41,768 nucleotides of DNA, from the IMG/VR virus record IMGVR_UViG_3300029303_000014; one strand, 5' to 3'. Source of the DNA: a virus. Each line of letters opens with the position of its first letter. The stretch's first letter is position 1. Under the pieces are notes generated by a model. It was not told the DNA's origin. It did no database searches and worked only from the letters and a program-made list of their open reading frames with translations. Positions 39,060-41,768 of the stretch are shown here, one piece after another. The translations under genes were made by a program, and so were the position numbers.

Positions 39060-40125
39060 CAATCAGCCAATTCCGAAAGAAGCGGCGAAACAGCTTTTAG
39101 CCCTCGACTTGGAAGACAAAGAAATTTTAACCTACGAAAAGCTCGACCAGTGGTACACCGCGTGGAACGGGAAGTGCTATGTGTCATTCTCCGGCGGCAA
39201 GGATAGCACGGTGCTGGCATACTTGGCGGCGCGTTACCTGTCGAGCTTCAGGGCACCGCCGTGGGAGCTGAATCTGGTGTTTGTGAACACGGGGCTGGAA
39301 TATCCGGAGATTCAGCGGTTCGTGAACGAATATACGGACTGGCTGCGGAGGGAGTTTCCCCGCGTGACCGTCAAACTACACCGTCTGCGTCCGAAGATGA
39401 ACATTCGGCAGGTGGTAGCAAAGTACGGGTACAGCATCGTGAGCAAAGAGGTTGCGGAATATGTCAGAGATGCCCGCAGGAACCCAAGCTGCTTGAGAAT
39501 GAAGCGGTTGCGGGGGGAAGCCGTGCGAAAAAACGGTCAGCCGTCTGCCTACAACTGCGAGAAATGGGAATATCTGTTGTACGCACCGTTTGTAATCTCC
39601 TCGACGTGCTGCGCCATTATGAAAAAGTCACCGCTGAAAACCTACGAACACAAAACCGGGCAGCAGGCTACAACAGCGACGATGGCGGAGGAAAGCAGAT
39701 TACGCATGACGAATTGGCTGAATACTGGGTGCAACGCCTTTGATGGCAAGCGCCCGATGGGAAAGCCCATGAGTTTCTGGACGGAGCAGGACGTGTTGCG
39801 ATTCATCGTAGACCGAGAGCTACCTATCGCCAGCGTATACGGCGACATCGTGGCGAGCGACGGCGAGAACGACTATGCGGAAACGCTGATCGACTGCAAG
39901 CTGCACTGCACGGGGTGCCGGCGCACGGGGTGCATGTTCTGCGCATTTGGCGCGCACCTCGAAAAGGGAGAAAACCGGTTTGAGCGCATGAAGCACACGC
40001 ATCCGAAGCACTATGCCTTTTGCATCGGTGGTGGGGCTTACGATCCCGCTGACGGGATGTGGAAGCCAAACGAAAAGGGGCTGGGCTATGGGCGAGTGCT
40101 GGATTACATTGGAGTGAGGTATTGA
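39046..40125 (+). CDS. PAPS-reductase-family PP-loop protein with a C-terminal Cys cluster
   Basis: PP-loop is SFSGGKDSTVLAYL. C-terminal CTGCRRTGCMFCAFG. Confidence 0.82.
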   Translation: MEGYSNQPIPKEAAKQLLALDLEDKEILTYEKLDQWYTAWNGKCYVSFSGGKDSTVLAYLAARYLSSFRAPPWELNLVFVNTGLEYPEIQRFVNEYTDWLRREFPRVTVKLHRLRPKMNIRQVVAKYGYSIVSKEVAEYVRDARRNPSCLRMKRLRGEAVRKNGQPSAYNCEKWEYLLYAPFVISSTCCAIMKKSPLKTYEHKTGQQATTATMAEESRLRMTNWLNTGCNAFDGKRPMGKPMSFWTEQDVLRFIVDRELPIASVYGDIVASDGENDYAETLIDCKLHCTGCRRTGCMFCAFGAHLEKGENRFERMKHTHPKHYAFCIGGGAYDPADGMWKPNEKGLGYGRVLDYIGVRY

Positions 40126-40126
40126 G

Positions 40127-40792
40127 ATGAAGATTTTAGAGCTTTTTGCGGGGACGCGAAGCATCGGCAAGGCGTTCGAGCGGCGCGGACACGAGGTGTA
40201 TTCCATCGAGTGGGATAAGGACTTTGACCATATCGATTGGTACGCGGATATCATGACCGTCACAGCGCAGGATATCTTGGAACGTTTTGGGCGTCCGGAC
40301 GTTATCTGGGCAAGCCCAGATTGCGCGACCTTTAGCATTGCCGGAATTTCACACCACAGGCGGAGAAATCCCGAGACCGGAGCTCTGGACCCAATCAGCG
40401 AGTATGCCCGTTTCTGTGACGAGGTCGACCAGCATGTGCTCGACCTTATCCACGAGCTGCGCCCGCGCTATTGGTTTATAGAGAACCCGCGCGGCGGGAT
40501 GCGTAAGATGCCGTGGATGCGGAGCCTCCCGCGCTACACCGTTACTTATTGCCAATACGAGACGGACAAGCCCGTTGAGCAGCGCCGGATGAAGCCCACC
40601 GATATCTGGACAAATCACCCAGCCCCAAAGTTCAGGCCCATGTGCCACAACGGGTCTCCCTGCCATGCGGCAGCCCCGCGCGGGTCGCGCAGCGGAACAC
40701 AGGGACTAAAGAACAGCAGGGATAGAAGCGTTATTCCCCCACTACTGTGCGAGCACATTGTAGATATTTGCGAGGAGGGCAGTGAAGGATGA
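40127..40792 (+). CDS. Short DNA (cytosine-5)-methyltransferase
   Basis: Motif I is LELFAGTRS, the PC motif is ASPDCATFS, and the ENV-like motif is FIENPRG. Confidence 0.75.
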   Translation: MKILELFAGTRSIGKAFERRGHEVYSIEWDKDFDHIDWYADIMTVTAQDILERFGRPDVIWASPDCATFSIAGISHHRRRNPETGALDPISEYARFCDEVDQHVLDLIHELRPRYWFIENPRGGMRKMPWMRSLPRYTVTYCQYETDKPVEQRRMKPTDIWTNHPAPKFRPMCHNGSPCHAAAPRGSRSGTQGLKNSRDRSVIPPLLCEHIVDICEEGSEG

Positions 40793-41124
40793 AAATGTTT
40801 CTCATTGGATTTTTCACGTGCTACTGCGCCGCGTCGCTGCTGATCTTCCTCGCGGACGAGTACGATTTGGACTTCACGGCGATGGCGTTCATCCAGCCTT
40901 GGTGCGCGCTGATAATCGTCGTGTTGATGCTGCCGTTCATCGTGTGGCGGCTGCTGTGCCACATTGTCAATCCGGTGGAGCCGGAGACCGTGTACGCGCT
41001 GCGGAAGCTCGGTATGCAAGATAGACACCTGTTTGGGCGACTGTACTTCTGCTACGACAGGGACGCCAAAAAGTGGTATAACCGCGCGTTCTTTTTCCGA
41101 ATCAGGAAGGAGACGCAGCGATGA
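40789..41124 (+). CDS. Membrane protein (111 aa)
   Basis: ATGA overlap with the upstream gene. Two hydrophobic helices. Confidence 0.6.
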   Translation: MKMFLIGFFTCYCAASLLIFLADEYDLDFTAMAFIQPWCALIIVVLMLPFIVWRLLCHIVNPVEPETVYALRKLGMQDRHLFGRLYFCYDRDAKKWYNRAFFFRIRKETQR

Positions 41125-41348
41125 GATACCGACAGCTTTACATGAAGATCGACCGCAGCCACGCGGGGATCCCCGTGTGCGTGGCGGACTCACCAAGCGA
41201 GCTTGCGCGGCTGTGCAGTGTGTCGTTGTCTCGCGTCTCTCACGGTATCGCGGCGACAAGGAAAGACCCGTCTCGAAAGGGCAGCTACGTCAGCGTGTGG
41301 ACGGCGTGGAGTGATCGAGACTACAAGAAATATTTTGGAGGAATATGA
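41121..41348 (+). CDS. Hypothetical small protein (75 aa)
   Basis: ATGA overlap with the upstream gene. Possible HTH (SPSELARLCSVSLSRVSHGI). Confidence 0.55.
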   Translation: MRYRQLYMKIDRSHAGIPVCVADSPSELARLCSVSLSRVSHGIAATRKDPSRKGSYVSVWTAWSDRDYKKYFGGI

Positions 41349-41698
41349 AAATGAGCATGGACGCTTTAGAATTTTTGAAAGAACGCAAGAGAATGTGCAA
41401 CTACTACAGTCATTGCGAGGGCTGCCCGCTTGACGAAAGCAAATGCGTTATCGATAGCACCATCTCCGATGAAGATTGCAAGAGAATTTCCGCTGCAATT
41501 GAGCAGTGGTCGAATGAGCACCCCATCAAGACGCGGCAGAGCGTGTTTCTGGAGCAGTGGCCTAACTGCCAGATGGACAATGATGGCATTGTCGGGACGT
41601 GCCCAAGAAGTGTTGACAAGAATTATATCTGCGATGTGAATCGTTTTGCTGGATGCCCCAATTGCCGCCGCGAGTTCTGGATGCAGGAGGTGGAGTGA
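41345..41698 (+). CDS. Cys-rich hypothetical protein (117 aa)
   Basis: ATGA overlap with the upstream gene. Its stop lies inside the terminal repeat and overlaps the start of the first gene of the window. Confidence 0.6.
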   Translation: MKMSMDALEFLKERKRMCNYYSHCEGCPLDESKCVIDSTISDEDCKRISAAIEQWSNEHPIKTRQSVFLEQWPNCQMDNDGIVGTCPRSVDKNYICDVNRFAGCPNCRREFWMQEVE

Positions 41699-41768
41699 TG
41701 GAACGACTGACATACCGCGATAAAGACGGATTCCCGATGATGAAAAAACGTGGTGGATTCAAACAGGG
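41689..41768 (+). repeat. Terminal direct repeat, copy 2 (identical to 1-80)
   Basis: Base-by-base comparison of both ends. ORF 41345..41698 ends inside it and the ATG of the first gene follows as GTGATGG. Confidence 0.95.

Larger units (their letters stand above)
1..41768 (+). mobile_element. Complete temperate siphovirus-type phage genome (circular assembly, unit length 41,688 bp)
   Basis: All phage modules are present in canonical order. Integrase plus attP are present. The first 80 nt are identical to the last 80 nt. Confidence 0.85.

Overview
The window is one complete temperate siphovirus-type phage genome, or an excised prophage, closed as a circle. The first 80 nt are identical to the last 80 nt, so the unit length is 41,688 bp. 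Protein families and RBS style suggest a Firmicutes/Clostridia-type host.

Gene order around the circle:
- 32359-41698 and 10-1882: early and replication genes. These include ERF recombinase, SSB, a DnaD-like organiser carrying internal iterons, a DnaC-like loader, a DUF1064 nuclease, several XRE HTH proteins, a PAPS-reductase-like protein, a C5 methyltransferase, a Lar-like protein and a run of small Cys-rich ORFs.
- 1883-2638: a 756-nt ORF-free, hairpin-dense segment with an embedded tRNA-like element.
- 2639-21785: terS, terL, portal, MuF, ADP-ribosyltransferase, scaffold, Big_2-decorated capsid, connectors, tail tube, chaperones, tape measure and tail-tip/fibre genes.
- 22118-23474: lysis cassette (XhlA-like, two holin-like proteins, M15 endolysin).
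- 23812-25220 (minus strand): an operon of two very acidic small proteins, a Cys-HTH regulator and a 4x zinc-ribbon protein.
- 25408-28900: a nine-gene cargo cluster of unknown function.
- 28900-32583: attP carrying a tRNA 3' end and arm-type repeats, a tyrosine integrase and the lysogeny switch.

Most interesting items:
1. The large structured non-coding region upstream of terS. It may be a GOLLD/ROOL-class RNA or a cis antitermination leader.
2. The anti-defence-like (acr/aca-style) minus-strand operon, driven by a consensus promoter with a 20-bp palindrome in its spacer.
3. The uncharacterised cargo cluster next to attP.
4. MuF and its ADP-ribosyltransferase, split by an autonomous two-gene cassette.
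5. An in-frame TGA that splits a tandem XRE HTH protein.

All calls rest on hand reading of the sequence and on recalled family motifs. No searches or folding computations were run.
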